Shown one piece after another: positions 46,829-55,830 of a stretch of 64,000 nt of DNA; within the stretch, counting starts at the first letter, position 1, and each line of letters starts with the position of its first letter. Both the position numbers and the translations under genes were made by a program. The notes below the pieces were generated by a model that did no database searches, had not been told where the DNA came from, and worked only from the letters and a program-made list of their open reading frames with translations. The stretch is taken from assembly GCA_036556325.1 (NCBI GenBank), contig DATBJR010000048.1, positions 299 to 64,298 of the forward strand. The letters are read 5' to 3'. Source of the stretch: Candidatus Limnocylindria bacterium (lineage in GTDB: Bacteria; Chloroflexota; Limnocylindria; QHBO01).

Positions 46829-47752
46829 GTGGCGAGGCCGCTGAAGGTCGGGGTCCAGCTGCCCGAGGTCGAGTACGTCGTCCGCTGGAGCGAGCTGCGG
46901 GCCATGGCCCAGACGGCGGAGGCCATCGGCCTGGACTCGGTCTGGGTCGGCGACCACCTGCTGTACCACTGGGTCGACAAGCCGCCACGCGGACCGTGGG
47001 AGGCGTGGTCGACCCTCGCCGGACTGGCGGCCGTGACCGAGCGCATCGAGCTGGGGCCGCTGGTGGCAGCGACCAGCTTCCACAACCCGGCCATGATCGC
47101 CAAGAAGGCAGCGGCGATCGAGGAGATCAGTGGCGGGCGGCTGATCCTGGGCCTCGGCGCCGGCTGGAACCGGACCGAGTACGACGCCTTCGGGTTTCCC
47201 TACGACCATCGGGTCAGCCGGTTCGAAGAGGCCTTCACCATCGTCCGCCGCCTGCTCCGCGAGGGCTATTGCGACTTCGACGGCCGCTACTACCAGGTCC
47301 GCGACTGTGAGCTGCTGCCACGCGGCCCGCGGCCGGAGGGTCCGCCGCTGATGGTCGGTTCGGAGGGGGAGCGGATGCTCTCGATCACGCTGCCCCACGT
47401 CGGGGCCTGGAACGCCTGGTTCGATTGGTTCGACAACTCGCTGGAGCGCTATCGCGAGCTGCGTGATCGCATTGACGCCGCCTGCCGGCGTGCCGGTCGT
47501 GACCCGGCCGAGGTGGAGCGCACGGTGGCGCTGTTCGTGACGCTGCCCGCGGCCAGGGGCCGTCCCAGCGGGCGCCCTCCGGACCCCACCGCGCCCGAGA
47601 CGGCGCCGCTCAGCGGCGAGCCGGAAGCGCTCGCCGCCAGCCTCCGCGCCTTCGCGGCCGAAGGCGTCGGCCACGTGCAGCTCGTCCTCGACCCGATCAC
47701 GGCCGACAGCGTGGCCGCCCTGGCCCCCACGCTCGCCCTGCTCGACGCCTGA
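46829..47752 (+). CDS. LLM-class (luciferase-like) F420/flavin-dependent oxidoreductase
   Basis: The GTG start lies 2 nt after the VWA stop. Motifs include GLDSVWVGDHLL and LILGLGAGWNRTEYDAFG. Confidence 0.9.
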   Translation: MARPLKVGVQLPEVEYVVRWSELRAMAQTAEAIGLDSVWVGDHLLYHWVDKPPRGPWEAWSTLAGLAAVTERIELGPLVAATSFHNPAMIAKKAAAIEEISGGRLILGLGAGWNRTEYDAFGFPYDHRVSRFEEAFTIVRRLLREGYCDFDGRYYQVRDCELLPRGPRPEGPPLMVGSEGERMLSITLPHVGAWNAWFDWFDNSLERYRELRDRIDAACRRAGRDPAEVERTVALFVTLPAARGRPSGRPPDPTAPETAPLSGEPEALAASLRAFAAEGVGHVQLVLDPITADSVAALAPTLALLDA

Positions 47753-47759
47753 CGGCTGC

Positions 47760-47765
47760 TATCCT
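47760..47765 (+). promoter_or_regulatory. -10-like TATCCT, 7 nt before ATG 47773
   Basis: Read directly. There is no SD. Confidence 0.45.
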
Positions 47766-47772
47766 CGCCGCC

Positions 47773-48141
47773 ATGGACGACGAGGGCACCGCCCTGCCGC
47801 TCGGTCCCTCGGGTCGCCTCGAGGCGGTCCCGCTGAGCAACGCTGCCGGCGACCATGCGCTGCTCATTCGCCAGGGTGAGGAAACCCGGGCGCTGCTGAC
47901 CGGCGAGCGTGGCACGGAACGCGAGCGGGTGATCGTCATCCCGCTCGACGAGGACATCGAGACGCGCGTCGACGGCGACGCGCTGGCCGTCTGGCTGACC
48001 CGCGGCTCGGTGGCGCCGGTGCGCGCCGAGGTGCCGGCCTGGGCGAATGCCATCGGATTCGCGCTCGTGCTGGCCGTCATCGGCCTGGCCGTCCTGGGCA
48101 GCCTGACCTTCTTCGCCTGGCTGGCAGGCGTGCTGACGTGA
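47773..48141 (+). CDS. Hypothetical tail-anchored membrane protein (122 aa)
   Basis: ATG lies 7 nt after TATCCT. C-terminal TM AWANAIGFALVLAVIGLAVLGSLTFFAWLAGVL. I recognise no family. Confidence 0.55.
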   Translation: MDDEGTALPLGPSGRLEAVPLSNAAGDHALLIRQGEETRALLTGERGTERERVIVIPLDEDIETRVDGDALAVWLTRGSVAPVRAEVPAWANAIGFALVLAVIGLAVLGSLTFFAWLAGVLT

Positions 48142-48446
48142 CCGATGCGCCCCGCGGCATGATGCCGCCCAGCTCGGGCCTGATCGCCATGCGCATCGGC
48201 CTCGAATTTGGCTCGGCCGAGGACTTCACGAGCAGCCTGGAGCGCGCACTGGCGCGCGGTGGCGAGCGTGGCGCGACGGTGGTGGCGCTGCTCGATCGCG
48301 GCGACATCTCGATCCACATCCCGCGCGAGGACGGGCCGTCGTGGAACACCGTGCCGCTGGTCCACCTCCACCGCGGCCAGCAGCCGGCCCAGGCCGATTG
48401 GGCCACCGCCAATGGCATCCTGGAGAAGCTCGAGCGCTACCGATGA
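48138..48446 (+). CDS. Hypothetical protein (102 aa)
   Basis: GTGA overlap upstream and ATGA overlap downstream, so it is translationally coupled on both sides. I recognise no motif. Confidence 0.5.
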   Translation: MTDAPRGMMPPSSGLIAMRIGLEFGSAEDFTSSLERALARGGERGATVVALLDRGDISIHIPREDGPSWNTVPLVHLHRGQQPAQADWATANGILEKLERYR

Positions 48447-49294
48447 CGCGGCTGTACCTGAGCGTCGACATGGAGGGCCTGGCGGGCGTGGCACACCCGG
48501 CGCAGACCTTCTTCGGCCGCGACGGTGCCACCGACCGGGTCGACTACGACCGCAGCCGCGCCCTGATGGCCGGCGAGACGAATGCCGCCATCGGCGCCGC
48601 CTTCGAGGCGGGCATGACCGAAGTCATCGTCAACGACTCGCACTGGCAAATGCGCAATCTGCGGGCGGAGGACCTGGATCCGCGGGCGCGGCTGATCATC
48701 GGCGACAAGCCGTACTCCATGACCCAGGGCATCGGCCCCGAGGGCGACGGGCTGGGCTTCGCCGCGGCCGCCTTCGTCGGCTATCACGCCGGGGCCGGGC
48801 ATCCGACCGGGATCATCGCCCACACCTACGCCGGCGTGGCGGTGCTCGAGGCCCGGATCAACGGGGTGCCACACAACGAGGCGGGCCTCAACGCGCTGCG
48901 GCTGGGCCATTTCGGCGTGCCCGTGGCGCTGGTCAGCGGGGATGACGCGCTGGCCGGGGAGATCGAGCTGCAGCTGCCCTGGGCAGAGCGGGTGGTGGTC
49001 AAGCGGGCCCAGGCGGGATTCGTGGCCGAATCGGACGCCCCGGAGACGGCGCGTCGGGCGATCGCGGAGGGCATGGCACTGGCGCTCGGGCGGCTGGACG
49101 AGATGCCGCTCTACCGGCTGCCCGAGCTGCGGCTGGAGGTCGACCTGCGCCTGCCGGTGATGGCCGATTTCTGTGCGCTGATCCCGGGCGTGGAGCGCAT
49201 CGGCCCACGGACGGTGGCGAGCGAGGCTGCCGATCCGGACGCCATGTTCGCCACCTTCATCTCCATCGTGCGCATGGCGCAGGTCCCCGGCTAG
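48443..49294 (+). CDS. M55-family D-aminopeptidase (DppA-like)
   Basis: MTRLYLSVDMEGLAGV...VIVNDSHWQMRN...GYHAGAG...AHTY is typical of peptidase M55. Confidence 0.9.
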   Translation: MTRLYLSVDMEGLAGVAHPAQTFFGRDGATDRVDYDRSRALMAGETNAAIGAAFEAGMTEVIVNDSHWQMRNLRAEDLDPRARLIIGDKPYSMTQGIGPEGDGLGFAAAAFVGYHAGAGHPTGIIAHTYAGVAVLEARINGVPHNEAGLNALRLGHFGVPVALVSGDDALAGEIELQLPWAERVVVKRAQAGFVAESDAPETARRAIAEGMALALGRLDEMPLYRLPELRLEVDLRLPVMADFCALIPGVERIGPRTVASEAADPDAMFATFISIVRMAQVPG

Positions 49295-49302
49295 CCCGCG
49301 CC

Positions 49303-49878
49303 GTGGCCGGACGGATCACCCGCATCGAGCGCGCGCCGGCGGGCGCGGCCGTGGCGCCGATGGATGCCGACCAGCAACGCTGGCTGCGCGCGATGATGGC
49401 CCGCTTCGCCACCGGCGTCAGCGTGGTCGCTGCCCGCCACGGTCCGCTGCTGGCCGGGATGACCGCCAATGCGATCGCCAGCATCAGCATCGATCCGCCG
49501 CTCATGCTGGCCAGCATCAACCGCAAGTCGGAGACGCACGGCGCCATCCTGGGCAGCCACTCGTTCGCGGTCAGCGTGCTGTCGGCCGAGCAGCGTGCGC
49601 TGGCCGATTGCTTCGCGCAGCCGACCACCGCCGCCAAGCTCCAGCGCTTCTGCGATGCCCCGTGGCATGACGCCGAGACCGGCTCGCCGATCCTGGACGG
49701 GGCAATCGCCTTCTTCGACTGCCGCCTCGTCGACCAGCATCCCGGCGGCGACCACACGATGTTCGTGGGCGAGATCGTCGCCGCCGGCTTCGAGGACGCC
49801 GGCGAGCCGCTGATCTGGTTCGGCTCGCGGTACCGCGAGCTCGCCCCGCTGAGCGGGGAGCCGTCCAGCCCGGACTAG
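49303..49878 (+). CDS. NAD(P)H-flavin reductase (HpaC/flavin reductase-like domain)
   Basis: FATGVSVVAA...GMTANAIASISIDPPLMLASI...GDHTMFVGEIV. The start is GTG 49303; the internal ATG 49360 is possible. Confidence 0.9.
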   Translation: MAGRITRIERAPAGAAVAPMDADQQRWLRAMMARFATGVSVVAARHGPLLAGMTANAIASISIDPPLMLASINRKSETHGAILGSHSFAVSVLSAEQRALADCFAQPTTAAKLQRFCDAPWHDAETGSPILDGAIAFFDCRLVDQHPGGDHTMFVGEIVAAGFEDAGEPLIWFGSRYRELAPLSGEPSSPD

Positions 49879-51218
49879 GCGCCGATGGCGGCCAGCGCCT
49901 CGCTCATGGCGGAGATCGCCGAGTCGACCTCCGTGTCGTTCGTGATCAGCGGCGGGATGATGCGCACCACCTGGCCGTAGGTCCCGCACGACAGCAGCAG
50001 CAGCTTGCGCTCGAAGGCGGCTTCGATGAACGCCTTGGCAAGATCCGCCCGGGGCCCCAGCCCATCCGCGTCGGCGAACTCGACCGCCACCATCAGCCCG
50101 CGCCCGCGGACGTCGGCCACCTCCGGGTGGTCGGCCGTCAGGCGTCGCAGGTTCGACAGCAGCCGCTCACCCTGGCGGCGGGCGTTGTCCAGCAGCCCCT
50201 CCGCGGCGATGACGTCGAGCGTGGCCAGCGCGGCCGCGCACGCCACCGCGTTGCCCCCGTACGTGCCACCGTGCGCACCGGGACCGAACTTCTCCAGCAG
50301 CTCCCGGCGGGCCATGATCCCCGACAGTGGCAGGCCGGAGGCGATGCCCTTGGCCATCACCACCACGTCCGGCCGGGTGGCGGTCCACTCGCTGGCCCAC
50401 ATCCGCCCGGTGCGCCCCATCCCGCTCTGCACCTCGTCGGCGATGAGGAGGATCCCGTAGCTGTCGGCGATCTGGCGCAGGGCGGGCAGGAAGCCATCCG
50501 GCGGCACCACATAGCCACCCTCGCCGAGGACCGGCTCCACCAGGATCCCCGCCACGTCGTCGGGGTGGACCATGGTGGCGAACAGCTCCTCCAATCCGGC
50601 CAGGCTGTGGGCCAGGGCGGCCTGCTCCGTTGCGCCGGTCGGGTTGCGCAGGGGGTAGGGGTATGGCGCGAAGTAGATGCTTGGCAGCAGTGGCTCGTAG
50701 TGGCCGCGGTACTTGACGCCCGAGCTGGTCAACGACATGGCCGCGTGGGTCCGCCCGTGGAAGCCACCGCGGAAGGCGATGATCGCCGGGCGGCGGGTGG
50801 CGTACTTGGCCAGCTTCACCGCTGCCTCGATGGCCTCCGCCCCAGAGTTCGACAGGAACAGCCCTGCCTCGTCGCCGTGCTCCAGGCCGGGGAACGTCCG
50901 CGGCAGGCGGTCGTGCAGCTCCAGGCCGGGCTGGTGGTAGAGGATGTTCTGCTGGGCGTGGATGATCTTCGCCGCCTGCTCGGCGATCGCCGCGCTGACC
51001 CGTGGGTGGGCATGGCCAGTGTTCGTCACGCCGATGCCGCTGGTGTAGTCCAGGTACCGATCGCCGCTGACGGTCTCGATCCATGCCCCCTCCCCGCGCT
51101 CGACCACCAGGTCGGTGTAGCGCGCCCAGACCGGCGGGACGCGATCGCGCAGCGCGAGCCAGTGCTCCACCTCGGCGCTGGCGCTGCCGAGGGTCGTGCC
51201 ATCCGCGAGCTGGGTCAT
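49875..51218 (-). CDS. Class-III PLP aminotransferase (GabT / 4-aminobutyrate or putrescine aminotransferase-like)
   Basis: SNSGAEAIEAAVKLA, LIADEVQSGMGRTG, and VMAKGIASGLP containing the PLP lysine. Confidence 0.96.
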   Translation of the reverse strand: MTQLADGTTLGSASAEVEHWLALRDRVPPVWARYTDLVVERGEGAWIETVSGDRYLDYTSGIGVTNTGHAHPRVSAAIAEQAAKIIHAQQNILYHQPGLELHDRLPRTFPGLEHGDEAGLFLSNSGAEAIEAAVKLAKYATRRPAIIAFRGGFHGRTHAAMSLTSSGVKYRGHYEPLLPSIYFAPYPYPLRNPTGATEQAALAHSLAGLEELFATMVHPDDVAGILVEPVLGEGGYVVPPDGFLPALRQIADSYGILLIADEVQSGMGRTGRMWASEWTATRPDVVVMAKGIASGLPLSGIMARRELLEKFGPGAHGGTYGGNAVACAAALATLDVIAAEGLLDNARRQGERLLSNLRRLTADHPEVADVRGRGLMVAVEFADADGLGPRADLAKAFIEAAFERKLLLLSCGTYGQVVRIIPPLITNDTEVDSAISAMSEALAAIGA

Positions 51219-51225
51219 GGGTCGA

Positions 51226-52092
51226 TTACCTCCCGACCAAGGTGACCGGCGCCGCCTCGCCGGTTCGTCCCTGTCGCCGCTGCGCCCACAGCTGCACGCC
51301 GATGAACAGGAAGGCGACCAGGAAGATCAGCGTGCCGAGCACGTTGACCTCCGGCGGGATGCCCAGGCGGCTCACGCCGAAGACCCACAGCGGGAAGGTC
51401 TTGGTGCTCCCGGCGGAGAACAGGGTGATCACGTAGTCGTCGATCGACAGGGCAAACGCCAGCAGCGCGGCCGACAGGATGCCCGGGAAGATGATCGGGA
51501 AGGTGACCTTCCAGAACGTGGTGCGGCTGTCGGCATAGAGGTCCATGCCGGCCTCCTCCAGCGATTGGTTCATTCCGGCCAGACGGGCTCGGACGGTGAC
51601 GACCACGTAGCTGATGTTGAACATGACGTGGGCCACCAGGATGGTGAGGATGCCGCGAGCGATCCCGAATGAGATCCACAGGGTGAGCAGGGAGGCCCCC
51701 AGGATGATCTCCGGCGCGGTCATGGGGATGAAGATGAGCAAATTCATCACGGCCCGGCCGCGGAACGAGTAGCGAGTCAGCGCCAGGCCGATCATGGTGC
51801 CCAGCGTCGTGGCGATCACGGTGGAGATGGTGGCCACGACCAGGCTGTTGCGCATGGCGTCCGTGATCTGGGTGCGGCCCCACAGCTCGACGTAGTTGCG
51901 GAAGGTGAAGCCCTGCCAGGTGATGTTCTGGCGGCCATGCGGATCGTTGAAGCTGAAGATGATCATCACCGCAATCGGCGCGAACAGGAACAGCAGCAAC
52001 AGCGCGGTGAATCCCGGCAGGACGTAGCTCCCCAGCCGTTCGCCGAGCGGACGGCGATGCCGAACCGGGATCGGAGTCGCTGCGGCGCTCAT
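51226..52092 (-). CDS. ABC transporter permease (PotC-like)
   Basis: EAA loop LEEAGMDLYADSRTTFWKVTFP; 288 aa. Confidence 0.92.
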   Translation of the reverse strand: MSAAATPIPVRHRRPLGERLGSYVLPGFTALLLLFLFAPIAVMIIFSFNDPHGRQNITWQGFTFRNYVELWGRTQITDAMRNSLVVATISTVIATTLGTMIGLALTRYSFRGRAVMNLLIFIPMTAPEIILGASLLTLWISFGIARGILTILVAHVMFNISYVVVTVRARLAGMNQSLEEAGMDLYADSRTTFWKVTFPIIFPGILSAALLAFALSIDDYVITLFSAGSTKTFPLWVFGVSRLGIPPEVNVLGTLIFLVAFLFIGVQLWAQRRQGRTGEAAPVTLVGR

Positions 52093-52099
52093 CGGCTCA

Positions 52100-52957
52100 T
52101 TACCCGGCCAGCCGGTCGCTGCCGACCACGCGCGTGTAGACCGACACCAGCACCATCGTCACCGCCACCAACACGAAGCCCAGGGCGGCGGCCGATGGAT
52201 AGTCCAGGCTGTCCAGGAACTTGCGCTGGATGATGTTGCCGACCATGAAGACCTCCGGGTTGCCGGCGCCGATGACTTCCGCGTTGATGAAGTCGCCGAT
52301 GGACGGGATGAAGGTGAGCAGCGAGCCAGCCACCACGCCCGGCAGCGACAGCAAGAAGGTCACGCGCCAGAACGCCTGGAAGCGGCTGGCATACAGGTCG
52401 GTGGCCGCCTCGATCAGCCGCCGGTCGATCTTCTCGATGGCGACGTAGAGCGGCAGGATCATGAACGGCAGGAAGTTGTAGGTCAGCCCGAAGATGACCG
52501 AGGCCGGCGTCGCCAGGAAATGGAAGTTCTGCGGGATCAGGTTCAGGTCCTTGAGGAAGCCGAACACGATTCCGTTGTCCGACAGGATCATCCGCCAGTT
52601 CAGGGTCCGGATGACGAAGCTGACGAAGAACGGCAGCACCACCACCAGCAGCAGCGCGTTCTTCAGCCGGCCGCCGCGGAAGGCGATGGTGTAGGCCACC
52701 GGATAGCCGACGGCCAGCGTGATGGCCGTCGTGGCCAGCGCGAAGATGAAGGACCGGAGGTAGAGCTCCCAATACTGGCTGATGACCTGGGGGTAGATGC
52801 CGAAGTTCCATGTCAGCGTGTAGCCGCGATCGAACGATCCCTGCTCGAGCGAGAGCGCGAGCATGATCGCCATGGGGATCGCGAAGAACAGGACCAGCCA
52901 GGCTGCCCCGGGAAGGAGCAGCAGGAACGGGGCAAGCGCGCTACGACCGGAGCGCAT
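52100..52957 (-). CDS. ABC transporter permease (PotB-like)
   Basis: EAA loop LIEAATDLYASRFQAFWRVTFL; 285 aa. Confidence 0.92.
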   Translation of the reverse strand: MRSGRSALAPFLLLLPGAAWLVLFFAIPMAIMLALSLEQGSFDRGYTLTWNFGIYPQVISQYWELYLRSFIFALATTAITLAVGYPVAYTIAFRGGRLKNALLLVVVLPFFVSFVIRTLNWRMILSDNGIVFGFLKDLNLIPQNFHFLATPASVIFGLTYNFLPFMILPLYVAIEKIDRRLIEAATDLYASRFQAFWRVTFLLSLPGVVAGSLLTFIPSIGDFINAEVIGAGNPEVFMVGNIIQRKFLDSLDYPSAAALGFVLVAVTMVLVSVYTRVVGSDRLAG

Positions 52958-52995
52958 GGGCGCCTCTCAGATCTGCCTCGGTGCTCAGGGGTGCC

Positions 52996-54279
52996 TCAGG
53001 CGCCGACGACCGCCTCGAAAAGATCGTTCCACTGCCTCTCCTCGTTCTCGTCGAGCTGCTTGTCGGTGAACGTGTTCGAGATCTGGGACGGGTCGGGGAC
53101 GACGGTGGGTGCCAGCGCCGTGTACAGGTCGGCGGTCTCCTTGTCGCCATCGGCCTTGGCGGCATCCGCATCCTTGGCGATCTGCTCGCTCACGCCGTTC
53201 ACCGGCGTGAAGTAGCCCACGTACTCGGACAGCATCGTGGCGGCGGGCACGGAGTAGTAGTAGTCGAGCAGCTTCAGCGCCTCCTCGATGTTCGCCCCGC
53301 CCTTGGGGATCACCAGGTTGTCGTTCCAGCGCATGCCGCCGGTGTCGGGCACGACGAACTTGACCTTGTCGTTGTCGTACAGGTTCATCTGGCTGATGTC
53401 GCCCGACCAGGCCACGCTGATGGCCAGGTCGCCGGCGGCCAGCGCGTCGTAGTACTCATTGCCGTAGAAGCCGCGGAAATGGCCCTTCGGCACGTTCAGC
53501 AGCTTCTGCTGCGCCTTCTTCACGTCATCCACCGTGGCATTGGCGGGTTCCACGCCAATGGACAGCAGCGTCAGCCCGAACATGTCGCGCATGTCGCTGA
53601 AGCCGCCGGCGACGCCGTCGAACTTGGGGTCCAGCAGGTCGTCGAACGTGGTGATCTCGCGCCCGGTGAGATTCGGGTCGTAGGCGATGCCCGTGATCCC
53701 GCCCTGCCACCACAGGCTGTGCTTGTTCTCGGGGTCGAACCACAGGCCCTTGGCGTAGTCGGCGCAGTTCGCCGTCCAGTTCGGCAGCTTGGAATGGTCG
53801 AGCTCCTCGAGCCAATCGTTGCGCGCCATGCGCTCGACGACCCAGCCGCCCGGTGTCATCACGTCCCAGCCGGTGTTGTTGCCCGCCCGGAGGTCGGGTG
53901 AGTACTGCGCAAGGAAGTCGGCGTTGTCCAGCAGCCCCTCGTCGTACTGCAGCTTGATGTCGGTCTGCTCGGTGAAGGCATCGATGCTGGGGTTGGTGGA
54001 GCCGTCGTCGCTGATGTCGATGTACGCGGGCCAGTTCAGCCAGCGCACGGTGCCAGTGGCCGGTCCGCCGCCACCACCGCTGCTGCCGGCGCTCGCGCTG
54101 GCGCTGGCGTTCCCGGCAGGAACGCAGGCCGCCAGGAGCCCCGGGATGCTGAGGAGCGAGCCGACGGCGATCGTGCCGCGACCGGCGCGGCCGATGAACG
54201 ATCTCCGCGTGATCCGGTCTCGCCGCAGGAGCTCGTCAATGCTGGTCTCGATTCGGCTGCGGCCGTCCCCGTCACTCAT
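52996..54279 (-). CDS. Polyamine-type ABC substrate-binding protein with Tat signal and lipobox
   Basis: Twin-arginine motif ITRRSFIGRAG, then the lipobox PGLLAAC. The mature part is PotD/PotF-like. ATG 54279 overlaps the ATPase stop by 8 nt. Track start 54339 is less likely. Confidence 0.9.
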   Translation of the reverse strand: MSDGDGRSRIETSIDELLRRDRITRRSFIGRAGRGTIAVGSLLSIPGLLAACVPAGNASASASAGSSGGGGGPATGTVRWLNWPAYIDISDDGSTNPSIDAFTEQTDIKLQYDEGLLDNADFLAQYSPDLRAGNNTGWDVMTPGGWVVERMARNDWLEELDHSKLPNWTANCADYAKGLWFDPENKHSLWWQGGITGIAYDPNLTGREITTFDDLLDPKFDGVAGGFSDMRDMFGLTLLSIGVEPANATVDDVKKAQQKLLNVPKGHFRGFYGNEYYDALAAGDLAISVAWSGDISQMNLYDNDKVKFVVPDTGGMRWNDNLVIPKGGANIEEALKLLDYYYSVPAATMLSEYVGYFTPVNGVSEQIAKDADAAKADGDKETADLYTALAPTVVPDPSQISNTFTDKQLDENEERQWNDLFEAVVGA

Positions 54280-55429
54280 CGCTGTCCTCATCCTCCTCGG
54301 TCGCGTGCGGGTCGCCGGCATGGTGCTCAGCCGGCCCACTGATGACGAACGTGTGCTGCGGCTTCCAGGTCAGCTGCACGCGCTGCCCATCGGCCAACAC
54401 CTCTGCGGCCCCCGCTGTATCGAGATTCTGGGCGTAGACCGTGAGCCGATGCCCTTCGCTGGTCTGCACCAGGTACTGCGTGCTGACGCCGATGTAGCTC
54501 GCGTCCAGGACCGTGCCACTCAGCGTGTTGAGGCCATCATTGGCGGCCCCGTTCTCGCGGGCGTCAACGCGGAGCTTCTCCGGCCGGACCCCCACCCGGA
54601 CCTGGCCGCTGGCCCGGCCCTCGGCCGGGGCGCGGAGCAGCGTCCCGTCCTTGAGGCGGATGGTGACCAGGGAACCGTCCTGACCGGCGACCTCGCCCTC
54701 GAGCAGATTCGAGACGCCCAGGAAGCCGGCCACGAACGCGGTGGTCGGCCGCTCGTACAGCTCCTCGGGCTGGCCGAGCTGCTCGATGTGCCCCGCGCGC
54801 ATGACCGCGATGCGATCCGACATCGTCATCGCCTCTTCCTGGTCGTGGGTCACGTAGATGAACGTGATGCCGACCTCGGTCTGGATGCGCTTCAGCTCCA
54901 GCTGCCTCTGCTTGCGCAGCTTCAGGTCCAGCGCGCCGAGCGGCTCGTCAAGGAGCAGCACGCGCGGGTGGTTGATGAGGGCCCGCGCCAGGGCCACGCG
55001 CTGCTGCTGGCCGCCGGAGAGCTGCGTTGGCTTGCGCTTCTCGTAGCCGGGGAGCTCCACCAGCTCCAGCATCTCGCGGACACGCGTGCTGATCTCGCCG
55101 TCGGCCACCTTCTTGCGTCGCAGCCCAAAGGCGACGTTCTCGAAGACGGTCAGGTGCGGGAAGAGGGCGTAGTTCTGGAAGACGGTGTTGACGTCGCGCT
55201 TGAAGGGTGGCAGACCCGTGACATCGGCATCGCCCAGGTAGATGGTCCCCTCGGACGCCTCCTCGAAGCCGCCGATCATCCGCAGCGTGGTCGTCTTGCC
55301 GCAGCCGGACGGGCCGAGCATCGAGAAGAACTCACCGCGCTGGATGTCCAGTGACAGGTCGTCGACGGCCACGACCTCGTGGAAGCGCTTGGTGATGCGG
55401 TCCAGGCGGACATCGATCTGAGCCGACAC
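54272..55429 (-). CDS. ABC transporter ATP-binding protein (PotA-like)
   Basis: GPSGCGKTT (Walker A), [15 protein letters not shown] (signature), [11 protein letters not shown] (Walker B), plus a C-terminal TOBE-like domain. GTG 55429 ([16 protein letters not shown]) is preferred over track start 55471. Confidence 0.95.
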   Translation of the reverse strand: MSAQIDVRLDRITKRFHEVVAVDDLSLDIQRGEFFSMLGPSGCGKTTTLRMIGGFEEASEGTIYLGDADVTGLPPFKRDVNTVFQNYALFPHLTVFENVAFGLRRKKVADGEISTRVREMLELVELPGYEKRKPTQLSGGQQQRVALARALINHPRVLLLDEPLGALDLKLRKQRQLELKRIQTEVGITFIYVTHDQEEAMTMSDRIAVMRAGHIEQLGQPEELYERPTTAFVAGFLGVSNLLEGEVAGQDGSLVTIRLKDGTLLRAPAEGRASGQVRVGVRPEKLRVDARENGAANDGLNTLSGTVLDASYIGVSTQYLVQTSEGHRLTVYAQNLDTAGAAEVLADGQRVQLTWKPQHTFVISGPAEHHAGDPHATEEDEDSDE

Positions 55430-55578
55430 TCGGGGCCCTCGTGCAGCCGCGACCTGCCGACGTGCGGCCAACCCGCCCAGGACGGCAGAGGCCGCAGTAT
55501 AGGTCTCGATCGGCGCGACCTGTCAACGAAGGCCGGCCCCTGCAACCAGGGCAACGCCTGGCACGTCTGTTGAGCAGC

Positions 55579-55707
55579 ATGGCAAAGCCAAACCACGCCA
55601 AGCGCTCACGACCCAAGTCCCTGGCGGCGCGTCGCCACCGGGCCACGCAGCAGCGGTCCGTCGAGCAGCGCGCGCGGCGGGCGGTCGAGCGCTGGCGGCG
55701 CGGCTGA
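55579..55707 (+). CDS. Candidate small basic protein (42 aa)
   Basis: MAKPNHAKRSRPKSLAARRHRATQQRSVEQRARRAVERWRRG. About 36 of 42 third positions are G/C, matching the genome's coding bias. A stem-loop plus TTT follows 35 nt downstream. I see no convincing RBS or -10 box. Confidence 0.35.
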   Translation: MAKPNHAKRSRPKSLAARRHRATQQRSVEQRARRAVERWRRG

Positions 55708-55741
55708 GCCAGGCACACCCTGTCCTCTCCTCCTGCGGATT

Positions 55742-55766
55742 GCGGCGGCCACCCGGCCGCCGTTTC
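55742..55766 (+). terminator. Stem-loop plus T-run downstream of the candidate small ORF
   Basis: CGGCGGCC (55743-55750) pairs with GGCCGCCG (55755-55762). The loop is 4 nt. TTT follows (55763-55765). Confidence 0.5.
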
Positions 55767-55830
55767 CGTGCCGCCGAGACCCGCTGCTAGACTTGCCCTT
55801 CCCACGGAATCCGCAAAGGACGGCGCGCAG

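Noticed and set aside
55441-55578. Longer 88-aa version of the small basic ORF (track 55441..55707)
   Set aside because: The upstream 46 codons begin only 12 nt from the divergent PotA-like gene's start (55429), in that gene's promoter region. They are Pro/Arg-rich, so only the ATG at 55579 is kept, and that at low confidence.
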